A DNA stretch of 64,000 nucleotides from Octopus sinensis (Eukaryota), in the NCBI RefSeq assembly GCF_006345805.1, contig NC_043021.1:20770001-20834000 (forward strand), in the 5' to 3' direction. Position 1 is the first letter of the stretch. Each line of letters opens with the position of its first letter. The notes under the pieces are model-generated. The model was not told the DNA's origin and did no database searches. It worked only from the letters and a program-made list of their open reading frames with translations. Shown here piece after piece: positions 1 to 11,700 of the stretch. The position numbers were made by a program, and so were the translations under genes.

Positions 1-130
1 TATTTTTTTAATATGCTGGCCATTGATAAAATTTCTTTTCGTAAAAAATTTCATCCTATATTAGATGTATATATATATATATTGTTAGCCACTACACACA
101 TTTTTTTCTCTCCTTGTTTTTTCTGTGTAC

Positions 131-166
131 CTTTCTGTAGAAGAGCGTAGGCTCGAAACGTAAAAG
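131..166 (+). ncRNA. Minimal type I hammerhead-like motif (Penelope-type, core variant); copies near 9347 and 18551 (+) and at 3740-3775 and ~12955-12990 (-)
   Basis: cttt-CUGUAGA-a-GAGC gtag GCTC-GAAAC-GU-A-aaag. Stems I and II pair, stem III is the palindrome ACGU, and the core has U in place of A6. Confidence 0.45.
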
Positions 167-2028
167 ACTTTTTCTATTTAACGGACTCTTCGTTTGCCGA
201 ACGACATGCACGAATGATTTGTTTATTGTTATCAAATGTTCGTGCCGCATATGAGCTCCCCCTCTTCAAATTGACTTTATCTGAACAGGCACACGGTGTG
301 CCACGCGTCAAGTGTTGAAGTGATCGTCGAACATCGCGAGATAAAAGTGATTCAAGGACCAAAATCGAAAATTCGAAATCTGAAGAACTTTCCATTATGA
401 ACTAATTACATAATCTCCGCTCTATTCTTCTGTTGGGTTGCTAACTCGAGTTTCCGTTGTCAACAAATATTCACATTCTCTGTGTAATATTTAATTTCTT
501 TAATAGGGCGAATGACGTCCTGTCCTGATTCCAACGCTATACCAATATCGAGGGGTCGCCAACCGTCCTCCCCGGCTGAAACTTAAAAAAAAAAATGGAG
601 CGGGTACGAAGAGGTTGAATAAAAGTTTGGGCGTAACTTCGGTATAGGTACCGGAAGTACCAGATACATTTCAAGAAGTGTTGTTTTTTTTTATAAATAT
701 GGGATGTTAGGAGAAAAGGGTTTCTGTTATCTCCAGAAATGTAAACAAAGCCACTTCCGGTACCTAAACCGAAGGATCGCCAAAGTTTGAAACTATCTTA
801 ACCATATCTGTTTTTTCTTTTTGTATTTTTGATAGACTGTAAAAAACGGGGAAAAAATGTAACTCAAAAACCCAAAATAATCTTGGGTAAATAAAAATTT
901 GAAAAGAAGAAAAAAAGGTGGCATTCTTTTGTTTTTGTTTTCTTTTCTATCGCAAAGTCTGTTGTGCTAAAAACGGGATTTGATATATATTATATATATA
1001 TATACACACATGTAAGAGCGAAGGTAAAGCGAATGTACACACTTTTTTTTTTTTTTCAAAATTTTTTTTTTTTAATATCTGTTTACGATATTGAAGAATA
1101 CGATTTTGTCCAAAAACCACGCTTTCAAAGTTTAATTTCTTAATTCTTCCACCCCAATTTCTCAATTATTAACTTTGTTTTCGAATTCTTTTTAATCCAT
1201 GTAGAAAAACAGAGATTACGAATCTGGGATTTAAAAAAAAAAAATTTAATCCCCCCTCCCCCACCCATCACCTCCCCGCTTTCAAAAAGCTCAAAATTCC
1301 CTTGATGTTTCACGCATTCAAAAATCTCAGACCATTACCAGAAAACCCGACATGCTAGAAACAGCAGCTAAACGACATTATTTCTGGAAAAACTTCCTCA
1401 CTTTCTAAAAAGTTAAAAGTGAAACATTGGGAGTTTTTAGCCTTTTGAAAGTGGGGAGCTGATGGATATTTGAAGTTGGACAAGGAATTTGAGTGTTTTT
1501 TCAAGAAAATTAAAAAAAAAATTCTCAAAGATTCGTAATCTCTCTATATGTCTACGTGGATTACAAGAAAGAGAAAAAAATCCAGCGATTAACTCCTCGA
1601 TTCTTTTGCGTGGGATCAGGTACCATGACCTCCTAATATGCTGCAAATCCCTTATTTTGGTTCGGAAGAAGAGGGGGACTCCCCGCTTCTCGGAATCATT
1701 GGAATTTTTTTTTTTGTTTCGTTGAATGAATTCCTGTGACCTAATATGCTACAAAACCCTTGTTGGGGTCCGAAAAACGGGGTGGGGTGAGGTGGAAGCC
1801 TCGGATATTTCAACCCCTACCCCCAATTGATCTTTTTACCCGCACGATTTTCACTAAGGAAAAAGAAAATAGTAATAAAAATCGGGCCAAACTAATTAAT
1901 TTTTGCGTGTGTGTGTGTTGAGAAAGATGAACGATTTAAAATAAATATATCTTAATTGTTGTGTGAGAAAGATATATTCTGATGATAAAATATTGTATCT
2001 TTCAAAAGCATCCTAAATTTATAGACTA

Positions 2029-2125
2029 CTAGCAGTATCTCCCGGCGTTGCTCGAGATTGTAGGGAAATAACTATAAAGAATTTTTAGAGAGTTATAGCC
2101 AAAAAATAGCAAAAAATGCATTAAA
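2029..2125 (-). mobile_element. Helitron 3'-end fragment (also at ~11237-11335)
   Basis: ctagcagtatctcccggcgttgctcgag...gcattaaa is the 3' hairpin/CTAG end of the same family. Confidence 0.7.
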
Positions 2126-2777
2126 TTCCCCTTCATCAGCTGCCCTGGTTCGACTCAATGCGTGTTTCGAAGGTAAAGGCAGGTATATATATATACATAT
2201 ATACGACGGGCTTCTTTTAGTTTCCGTCTACCAAATCCACTCACAAGGCTTTGATCAGCCCGAGGCTATAGTAGAAGACACTTGCCCAAGGTGCCACGCC
2301 GTGGACTGAACCCAGAACCATGTGGTTGGTAAGCAAGCTACTTACCACACAGCCATTCCTGATGCAAAAAAAATACACACATGACAACACTCACTCTCTC
2401 TCTCTCTCTCTCTCACCTCCAATTCATATACATCTTTCACTTTCTGCTCTCACTCCAAGGCAAATGCCGCTGTATATATCGTGCACCACAGACACAGGCC
2501 AAGCCATACGGACCAAGTCTAGATACACATACACAGGCTGACAAGTATTTACTTTCATTTTCGGTTGCTGCCGTTCGGTTTTTCCTTCTTACTCACCGCT
2601 TTACATTTACACAATGAATTTCATACACACACACACACACACACTCCCATTGACTTTTATGTCTATGAGTTAATAGTGAAACACACTGTATGTGTGTGTG
2701 TGGGTGTGTGTGAATACAAATATATTAAGTGGAAACACGCCGCACGTGTACCTGCTATCTTCCATGTATACGTACAT

Positions 2778-2980
2778 CAGTGGTTTTCAACCAGGGTTCC
2801 GCCAGTACAGTCCAGGGGTTGCGCAAGAAGTTACAAAAATGCTAAAATCGACAGTAATTTTTAATTCTCCTGTGCAGATATGTGTGCATATAAGACAATT
2901 AAATTGTTGCACAGGGGTTCCTCGAGCCAGTGGAACGTTTCCTTGTGGTTCCGCTCCAGCAAAAAGGTTGAAAAGCACTG
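2778..2980. mobile_element. hAT (Charlie-like) MITE (duplicate at 11990-12192)
   Basis: TIRs CAGTGGTTTTCAACC / GGTTGAAAAGCACTG. Same family as 41857-42075. Confidence 0.75.
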
Positions 2981-4278
2981 CTCTATACATACATAAATAC
3001 ATCGTGCGAGTGTTTCACTATTCATGAAAGTCAATGGGTCCATGTGTGTCTGTCTTTATGACTGTGTTTGTTTCAACCCGACCGCTTGACAACCCATTTT
3101 CTTTACTACCCCCACAAGGGGCTAAACACAGAGGAGACAAAGAAGGACAGGCGGATTAAGTCGATTATATCGACCCAGTGCGTGACCGTACTTACTTAAT
3201 TTATCGCTGGCAGAACCGTTAGCACGCCGGGCAAAATACTTAGCGTAATTTCGTCTGTCTACATGTTTTGAGTTCAAATTCTGCCGAGGTCGACTTTGCC
3301 TTTCATCCTTTCGGGGTCGATAAATTAGTACCAGTTACGCACTGGGGTCGATGTAATCGACTCGATCTTTTGGTCTGTCTTTGTTTGTTCCCTCTATGTT
3401 TAGCCCCTTGTGGGTAAATAAAGAAATAGGTACTTAATTTATCCACATCGAAAAGATGAAAGGGAAAGTCAACCTCGGCATCATCACCTCATTTTACATG
3501 TCTCTGTAAATTTTGGAGTCAATCCGACGGGATCTAGTGGCCTTTAACCCGTTCTCAATGCCAAAACCAGACGGAAAAACAAACAAACAAATCTTTCGCA
3601 TTTCAGTTATATAAATAGAGAAGATATTATATATATATATATTATATAGGGAGAGTTTACGAAAAAAAACAAAAGACGAAGACAGGTGGTGTACAAAACA
3701 AACAGATGTATTAGTATAACGCTCAGGAATAGGAAAAGTATTTTACGTTTCGAGCCTACGCTCTTCTACAGAAAGAGACACAGAAAAAAACAAGGAGAGA
3801 AAAAAATGTGTGTAGTGGCTAACGATCAATCATGGCGGAAACCACAAATTAACCAACACATCGATTGGACCACATTTATCGCTTATTTTTTAAAACAAAG
3901 CACGACATGAGAAAATAGGTGATGTAACATATCTTACGGCTGTTTCTGATCGGATTGCCTAAATGCTGTCTATAAATAAACGCGAGAATAAAGTTCATCT
4001 TCATAGCGAATTCGAATTAAGGCTGTGGTGTGTGCGAGAGATTCGAAATAAAGGAACCTACCTTCTCTTCGATCTGATGGAGACCCTTCAGTGGTAACAG
4101 ATCCTTTGACACAGCCCGACCCGAACGCTAGAGACAGCAGCTGCTTCGCCCAAACTTAGCAACGTGTTCACCCGTTTGTCAGCAAAAGCGGGATTAGGAC
4201 ATACGTTACAGCTCGGAATTGTATGTCTTTCTTCCAGTGACTGAGTTGCTCCATTACTCATGGTCCCCAGGAAATCCC

Positions 4279-6078
4279 TATCTGACACCAGTTGTCCGAT
4301 ATAGGTTATCAGTCCCCTTAGTTCCTCACAATGTACGAAGGCGTGCGTGACAGTTTCACTGACACGCCCGCACCTCGGGCATGTGGGTGGGGTACCAACG
4401 CCATGCCTTGACAACCTCCCTCGAACTGACAAGGCTGATCGGTAGCACAACTAGGCCAAGGATGTCTGGAAGTTGTCCAGATACCTCGGCCCGAATGTCC
4501 TTCCGAACAGGTTGACAAGCTGTTCCTCTTCGAAGCCTACTCTCCCCCAGGATGTCGTCGGACATATGCTCTACCAACCCGTAGTGGTAGCCCCGCTGCC
4601 GGTATTGCTTGTTCGGGAGAACAGAGCGAGTGCATGTCTGCACTCCCTCTTCCATTCGCTCATTTTTGTTCTCCGCGTGATCCATGCGCCCACGTCCCGA
4701 GGGAACGTCAATTGTGGAAGGAAGAACTTGACATGCGGTGACTACACCCGTTCACCATCCAGGTAGAGCCAGTTTTCTCAACCTCAGCGCATCATCAGCC
4801 AAGGCATCCCTAACCCACCCTTTAACGGTTTCTGGCAGCACATGAGGCGCCTCACAAGTGGTGGTTTCCCATTCCACAAAAAGCGGAAAAGGATCCATTC
4901 CAGCTGGTCAGCCACTCTCCAGGGCAAGGCACATCGGTTAGGCAGTTGGTTATAACCGATGCTATAAAACACACCTGTGCAACCTCGACCCTCCCTAGCA
5001 AGGATAGCAACCTCCCAGATCAAGTCTGGGTTATGGCCGTCACCTTGCCTGTGACCTCGCTCCAGTTTTTCTCCATCTGGAGATCTGGTCCAAACCAGAC
5101 TCCAAGCAATTTAACCGGGCCCTCCGTCCAACGTCCCACGAAGCTGTTTGGAGACATCGACTTGCCCCTACGGGTGCCGAGTTGCAAGCCGACTGATACT
5201 TCCTAGTTAATTTTTGCTCCTGCCACCTCTTCGTATCTTTTGATGGCCTCTTCTACACGAGGTAGCTGCCCTTCATCAGACACGATGATGGTGACATCAT
5301 CCGCATATGCCGTCACTCTCCTACCGTAACATAGATCACGCGGATTCCCCGCGTGGCCTCCAATTTCCGCAGCAGTGGCTCAAGTGCCAATACATACAGA
5401 AGCGGAGGCAGGCCTGGCGAATTGAACGTTCGATCACGAACGGCTTCGAGAAGGAACCGTTTACCCGGACGATTGAATCGATGTGCTATCATACATAGCA
5501 TCCATCTACGAACAGTCGAGTCCAGTCCAACCGCCCTGAGGACTGCTCCCAGATACCGATGGTCAACCCTATCGAATGCCTTAGACTGGTCTAAATTCAC
5601 CAGCGCCCTACATTTGCCAGAATTTTACCCACCCGCTCTATAGTGTCGTGTATGAGGTGAAGGTTGTCGTGTATTGTCCTGCCTGGGATGCACATGTCTG
5701 TGCTTCTCCCACCAGGTCGCCCACTACAAGTCTCAATCTCTTGGCTAACAATTGGCCAAAATCTTAACTCTGTGTTTAGCAGAATTATGGGCCTAAAGTT
5801 ATTAATGTCATTCCCCTTGCTCGGGTCCTTCCTGATCAGTGTCACTACTCCCCGGCTCACATATTTAGGGATTCTCCTGTTCTGCTACCAGTTCGCATAT
5901 ACACCGGCCAGTATGTTCCCGAACAAGTTTGGCATACTCTTATAAAATTCGTAAGGAAGACCATCCAGTCCGGGCGACTTGTCCCCGGGGCACTCAGAAA
6001 GCACCTCTATGACCTCCACAAATGTGATCGGCCTTTCATAGCGCTCCGCCTTACATGCCGAGAGACACGGGCCGCCGG
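4279..6078 (-). mobile_element. L1/Tx1-clade LINE ORF2 fragment (RT + C-terminal CCHC zinc knuckle), dead, copy 1
   Basis: Minus-strand translations: KSPGLDGLPYEFY, NFRPIILLNTEL, LDQSKAFDRVDH, YADDVT, GGLGMP, CPRCGRVSETVTHAFVHC. In-frame stops are shared by both copies. Bounded by the direct repeat ccaggaaatccc (4267-4278, 6079-6090). Confidence 0.9.
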
Positions 6079-7350
6079 CCAGGAAATCCCGATTGCATCT
6101 TTTCCAGTGGGTTTCTGGTGCTGGGATCGATAGCTTACGGTCTCGACATCTCCCTGTCAGCCGGTGATGTTGGTCTTGAGCTCTTGGAGAACCTATCGCA
6201 GTTTATAAACTTGTTCTCGTGCGAGTGTGTTCTTCCCTACATTCGTCCCCTGTTCTTTGGTGCCAAACTATTTGCTCTTACCAAGCCCAATGGTGACTTC
6301 CGCCCTATAGCAATTGGTGGTACTCTGCGACAGGTGTGTCTGTCTTCAATTTCTAAATGCCTGTCAGCCAAATTTTCTCCTACCCAGCTACGGGTGGTAC
6401 TAAGCTAGACTATGAGGCTGAAGCCCATGCCACTAGAGCTTTCACTAACTTGCCTTCTGAGTCCCCAAAGGTCATCCTTAAACTAGACTTCAAAAACGCC
6501 TTCAATTCCATCAGTTGGGATGTCATCTTCCGTGTAGTAAGGGAGACTGCTCAAAACCTCTATCACTTTGCTTGGCAAGCTTATCGGGAGCCCTCCAACC
6601 TCGCCTTTGGTGACCACCTCATTCCACCTGTCTTTGAAGTCCAACAGGATGACCCACTTGAACCATATTTATTATTATTGTCTTTTTTTATCATCAAACT
6701 AGCAGTATCGCCCGGCGTTGCTCGGGTTTGTAAGGGAAATAACTATATAAGCATTTTTAGAGAGTTATAACAAAAAAAATGCATTAAAATGGAAAAAATG
6801 ATGGTGAATTTTTTTTTAATCGTTGACTCATCGTAGACATTTTTAGAGAGTTATTTCCCTTATAATTTAGCGAAAAAATGCATTAAAATGGAAAAAATGA
6901 TGGTAAATTTTTTTTTAATCGTAGACTCATCGTAGACGCGCGCTAATACCCAGAAGGGCTCGATATGAATCACGACTATAAGATACCCGGTTTTGGTTAA
7001 ACTGCACCGCAAAATGTGGGAGTAGTTAGGAATATAAATCGTGGGAGACAGACACACAACCTCTCTTTTATATATAAAGATATTGATCTGTCAATGCTGG
7101 ATTAGTGAATACAGGGGTGGGTGGGCAAATGTAGACATACAGTGTTTGACCCTTCAGTATTCAGATTATTCTATCAAATGTAATATTTTCTTTTATTCAT
7201 GTCGTTTTGATGTTATCCTGAAATTAACAGGATGACCCACCCACTTGGACCTTCTCTATTTGCCCTGGCTATTGACGATGTTATCAAGATGGGAGCTGAC
7301 CTAGACTTGAATGTCTGGTATCTTGACAATGCCTGTTTGGGGGCTCCTGC
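6079..7350 (+). mobile_element. CRE/SLACS-like non-LTR RT fragment, degenerate and interrupted (6661-7225 is an insertion; a further piece lies left of 4278), copy 1
   Basis: SGAGIDSLRSRHL, FFGAKLFALTKPNGDFRPIAIGGTLR, LKLDFKNAFNSI and VQQDDPL, then after the insertion GPSLFALAIDD...LNVWYLDNACLG (RT motif YLDD changed to YLDN). Confidence 0.75.
6699..7080 (-). mobile_element. Non-autonomous Helitron, complete
   Basis: Minus strand starts TCTTTATATATAAAAG, ends with GC hairpin cccgagcaacgccggg plus CTAG, and sits between A and T without a TSD. Confidence 0.8.
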
Positions 7351-7890
7351 ATTGATATTTTTTTCTTTCTCCTTTTAGTTTTTGTAAAATACATTCCTTT
7401 TCATTGAATTATTTTAAATGATATCAGTTTATATAAGAAAATCAGAGACGGAAAATGGGATTTCACGAGAGTCTCTTCTCATATACATTTTTACGTATCT
7501 TTTTATAGTTTTTATAAACTTCTTTGAGAGGAAGTGTGTCTTTTCTATCAGTTCCTTAAGGGGACACTAGAATATTGCAACAACTAAGCAAAACGATGAC
7601 TAAAAAACGAGGTACTTATTCAAGAAGTCACCTAAGGGGACAGACACAATCTACACCTGTGATGTAAGACAATTGACTGTACAGTATCTCGCCTGCAAGG
7701 TACAGGGATATATATGTATATATATATGTGTGTATGTATATACATATACTACGTAATATATGTGTATGTATATATATACACACATAGGCACATAAGCATT
7801 ATTTATAGAAACATATTTCTGCATTGTTCTTTCGTCTCTTTTCATGGTACGGCTGCATTAACGAACTCCTATCTCACATGTCTGTTCCGT

Positions 7891-7943
7891 GAAAAGAAAG
7901 GAAAAACCGAAAACTATAAATAGAACGAATTTACTTTCACTTT
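7891..7943. promoter_or_regulatory. Cluster of IRF/ISRE-like GAAANNGAAA-type motifs upstream of the ParB-like ORF (repeated at ~17103-17155)
   Basis: gaaaagaaaggaaaaaccgaaaac at 7891-7914 and actttcacttt (reverse complement AAAGTGAAAGT) at 7933-7943. Motif match only, in AT-rich DNA. Confidence 0.25.
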
Positions 7944-8370
7944 AATTTCCACGAAAAGCATAATCGCGCGCGCACTTCTGTATTTTATACCCTGGCTATT
8001 TCAGATGACGCATTCGCTTCCTATCACCTCAAGTCGTCGCTTGCTAAACGCACTCGCAACTGAAATTATATACATTCACACATCTCAACAAGCCTTCACT
8101 TCTACAATATTATATTTCAATCAATCACTTCGGATACTATGGAATATTAATTAAGACTTCTACACACTACGTTAATCGAATTCTATGCATTAGTATCGGC
8201 AATTTTCCTTGATTACGAACGATCCTTTCGATGTCATTTCTCGACTGAATTTAGAAATCCTGGAAATATACATACTGTGAGTAAACTTTCCTCTCTTGAA
8301 TTATTTTCAATAGCATCTACGGTATTTCTTTCCACCTGGTACGAAGACTATATATACACTCACAAACACA

Positions 8371-8792
8371 ATGAGCCTTAGACTCAGTCCAAGCGACATC
8401 CGCTATACTCAAGATTCAATTGCCTGTAAGTTCCGTAACGGGACAACATTGACAAAAACCATTTCAGATTTAGTCAAAGGTACAATCACGCCTGACAGCA
8501 TTCCTGTAATTTCGGTTTACCTAAAGGATGGGAAATACTACAGCACTGACAATAGGAGGCTATACGTTTTCAAAGAGCTGCAAAGTCGGAGTCAACCAGA
8601 CTTGAAGATAAGGGTTTACGTTACTCGGCGGCACTATCACAATCGAAGTTCACGACGCTTAACGATGGCCAAAGTATAACAGTCCGAAGTGGATCAATAG
8701 CCTGGTTAAGCATGGATTTTGATGGCTTATACATGGATTTTGATGACTCAAGCACGGATTCTGATGACTTCTTTCTTCTTGTAGAATTATGA
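8371..8792 (+). CDS. Intronless ParB/sulfiredoxin-fold-like small protein, copy 1 (one 1-bp deletion near 8626 relative to copy 2)
   Basis: ATG in cacaATGA context. MSLRLSPSDIRYTQDSIACKFRNG...IPVISVYLKDGKYYSTDNRRLYVFKEL matches the IR(Y/F)(S/T)QxSI ... DNRRL(W/Y)VF pattern I recognise from uncharacterised ParB-like proteins. Restoring the G present in copy 2 extends the frame through SKFTTLNDGQSITVR to an acidic tail (~140 aa). Confidence 0.7.
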
Positions 8793-11700
8793 ATTTAAAA
8801 AAAATATTCCATTGCTAAAAGAAAGAAAAACCAACAAAATCCAAAAAGCACGTTGCCGAATTTTACTGTTCCGAAACAATCTATAAACTTCAAATTTACC
8901 CTCATGTCACCGACAGCATCTCTTCATTTAGAGAAGTGTCAAAAATCCAAAGTCTCTTGTATTTTATTTCAATAACCAACTCGCAAACCAAGTTATAATA
9001 ATTGCCATTATGCAAGGAACAAAACAAAACAAAACAAAAAACAATCTTTGCACGGAAAAAGTTAATTTGGGCGGTGTTTGGTTTCCGTAAGTAGTTTTAG
9101 TAAATCTTTACTCCCTACTTTTAAAAACTGTAAATCTAAAAATGGCCGAAAGCGAAAACGTTGCCGAACGAGTGTGGGACAAAAATAAATAAATTAAATA
9201 AAAATTTAACCTTTGAAGGTTTTTTTTAATATGCTGGCCATTGATAAAATTTCTTTTCGTAAAAAATTTCATCCTATATTAGATGTATATATATATATTG
9301 TTAGCCACTACACACATTTTTTTCTCTCCTTGTTTTTTCTGTGTACCTTTCTGTAGAAGAGCGTAGGCTCGAAACGTAAAAGACATTTTCTATTTAACGG
9401 ACTCTTCGTTTGCCGAACGACATGCACGAATGATTTGTTTATTGTTATCAAATGTTCGTGCCGCACATGAGCTCCCCCTCTTCAAATTGACTTTATCTGA
9501 ACAGGCACACGGTGTGCCACGCATCAAGTGTTGAAGTGATCGTCGAACATCGCGAGATAAAAGTGATTCAAGGACCAAAATCGAAAATTCGAAATCTGAA
9601 GAACTTTCCATTATGAACTAATTACATAATCTCTGCTCTATTCTTCTGTCGGGTTGCTAACTCGAGTTTCCGTTGTCAACAAATATTCACATTCTCTGTG
9701 TAATATTTAATTTCTTTAATAGGGCGAATGACGTCCTGTCCTGATTCCAACGCTATACCAATATCGAGGGGTCGCCAACCGTCCTCCCCGGCTGAAACTT
9801 TAAAAAAAAAAATGGAGCGGGTACGGAGAGGTTGAATAAAAGTTTGGGCGTAACTTCGGTATAGGTACCGGAAGTACCAGATACATTTCAAGAAAGTGTT
9901 CTTTTTTTTTATAAATATGGGATGTTAGGGTTAGGAGAAAAGGGTTTCTGTTATCTTCAGAAATGTAAACAAAGCCACTTCCGGTACCTATACCGAAGGA
10001 TCGCCAAAGTTTGAAACTATCTTAACCATATCTGTTTTTTCTTTTTGTATTTTTGATAGACTGTAAAAAACGGGGAAAAAATGTAACTCAAAAACCCAAA
10101 ATAATCTTGGGTAAATAAAAATTTGAAAAGAAGAAAAAAAGGTGGCATTCTTTTGTTTTTGTTTTCTTTTCTATCGCAAAGTCTGTTGTGCTAAAAACGG
10201 GATTTGAATATATATATATATATATATACACACATGTAGAGCGAAGGTAAGCGAATGTACACACTTTTTTTTTTTTTCAAAATTTTTTTTTTTTAATATC
10301 TGTTTACGATATTGAAGAATACGATTTTGTCCAAAAACCACGCTTTCAAAGTTTTAATTTCTTTCACCCCAATTTCTCAATTATTAACTTTGTTTTCGAA
10401 TTCTTTTTAATCCATGTAGAAAAACAGAGATTACGAATCTGGGATTTAAAAAAAAAATTTAATCCCCCCTCCCCCACCCATCACCTCCCGCTTTCAAAAA
10501 GCTCAAAATTCCCTTGATGTTTCACGCATTCAAAAATCTCAGACCATTACCAGAAAACCCGACATGCTAGAAACAGCAGCTAAACGACATTATTTCTGGA
10601 AAAACTTCCTCACTTTCTAAAAATTAAAAGTGAAACATTGGGAGTTTTTAGCCTTTTGAAAGTGGGGAGCTGATGGATATTGAAGTTGGACAAGGAATTT
10701 GAGTGTTTTTTTCAAGAAAATTAAAAAAAAAATTCTCAAAGATTCGTAATCTCTCTATATGTCTACGTGGATTACAAGAAAGAGAAAAAAATCCAGCGAT
10801 TAACTCCTCGATTCTTTTGCGTGGGATCAGGTACCATGACCTCCTAATGCTGCAAATCCCTTATTTTGGTTCGGAAGAAGAGGGGACTCCCCGCTTCTCG
10901 GAATCATTGGAATTTTTTTTTTTGTTTCGTTGAATGAATTCCTGTGACCTAATATGCTACAAAACCCTTGTTGGGGTCCGAAAAACGGGGTGGGGTGAGG
11001 TGGAAGCCTCGGATATTTCAACCCCTACCCCCAATTGATCTTTTTACCCGCACGATTTTCACTAAGGAAAAAGAAAATAGTAATAAAAATCGGGCCCAAA
11101 CTAATTTTTGCGTGTGTGTGTGTTGAGAAAGATGAACGATTTAAAATAAATATATCTTAATTGTTGTGTGAGAAAGTATATATATTCTGATGATAAAATA
11201 TTGTATCTTTCAAAAGCATCCTAAATTTATAGACTACTAGCAGTATCTCCCGGCGTTGCTCGAGATTGTAAGGGAAATAACTATAAAGAATTTTTAGAGA
11301 GTTATAGCCAAAAAATAGCAAAAAATGCATTAAATTCCCCTTCATCAGCTGCCCCTGGTTCGACTCAATGCGTGTTTCGAAGGTAAAGGCAGGTATATAT
11401 ATATACATATATACGACGGGCTTCTTTTAGTTTCCGTCTACCAAATCCACTCACAAGGCTTTGATCAGCCCGAGGCTATAGTAGAAGACACTTGCCCAAG
11501 GTGCCACGCCGTGGGACTGAACCCAGAACCATGTGGTTGGTAAGCAAGCTACTTACCACACAGCCATTCCTGATGCAAAAAAAAATACACACATGACAAC
11601 ACTCACTCTCTCTCTCTCTCTCTCTCACCTCCAATTCATATACATCTTTCACTTTCTGCTCTCACTCCAAGGCAAATGCCGCTGTATATATCGTGCACAC

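Noticed and set aside
174-395. 73-aa minus-strand ORF repeated at 9390-9611, and a nearby GEDGWRPLDIG segment faintly like an ankyrin repeat
   Set aside because: No recognisable family. Conservation only reflects the recent duplication, the frame is broken in copy 3, and the similarity is too weak.
1680-1700. U2 snRNA-like cgcttctcgg as a Tx1/CRE target
   Set aside because: Only 10 nt match, and no snRNA or SL RNA gene is recognisable in the unit.
8277-8313. 5' UTR intron (gtgagt...caatag) upstream of the ParB-like ATG
   Set aside because: Only 37 nt, probably too short; no evidence without transcripts.
8620-8630. Calling both ParB-like copies pseudogenes
   Set aside because: The lesions are different 1-2 bp deletions, matching the indel noise seen throughout the duplicated units. 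Status cannot be decided without accurate reads.
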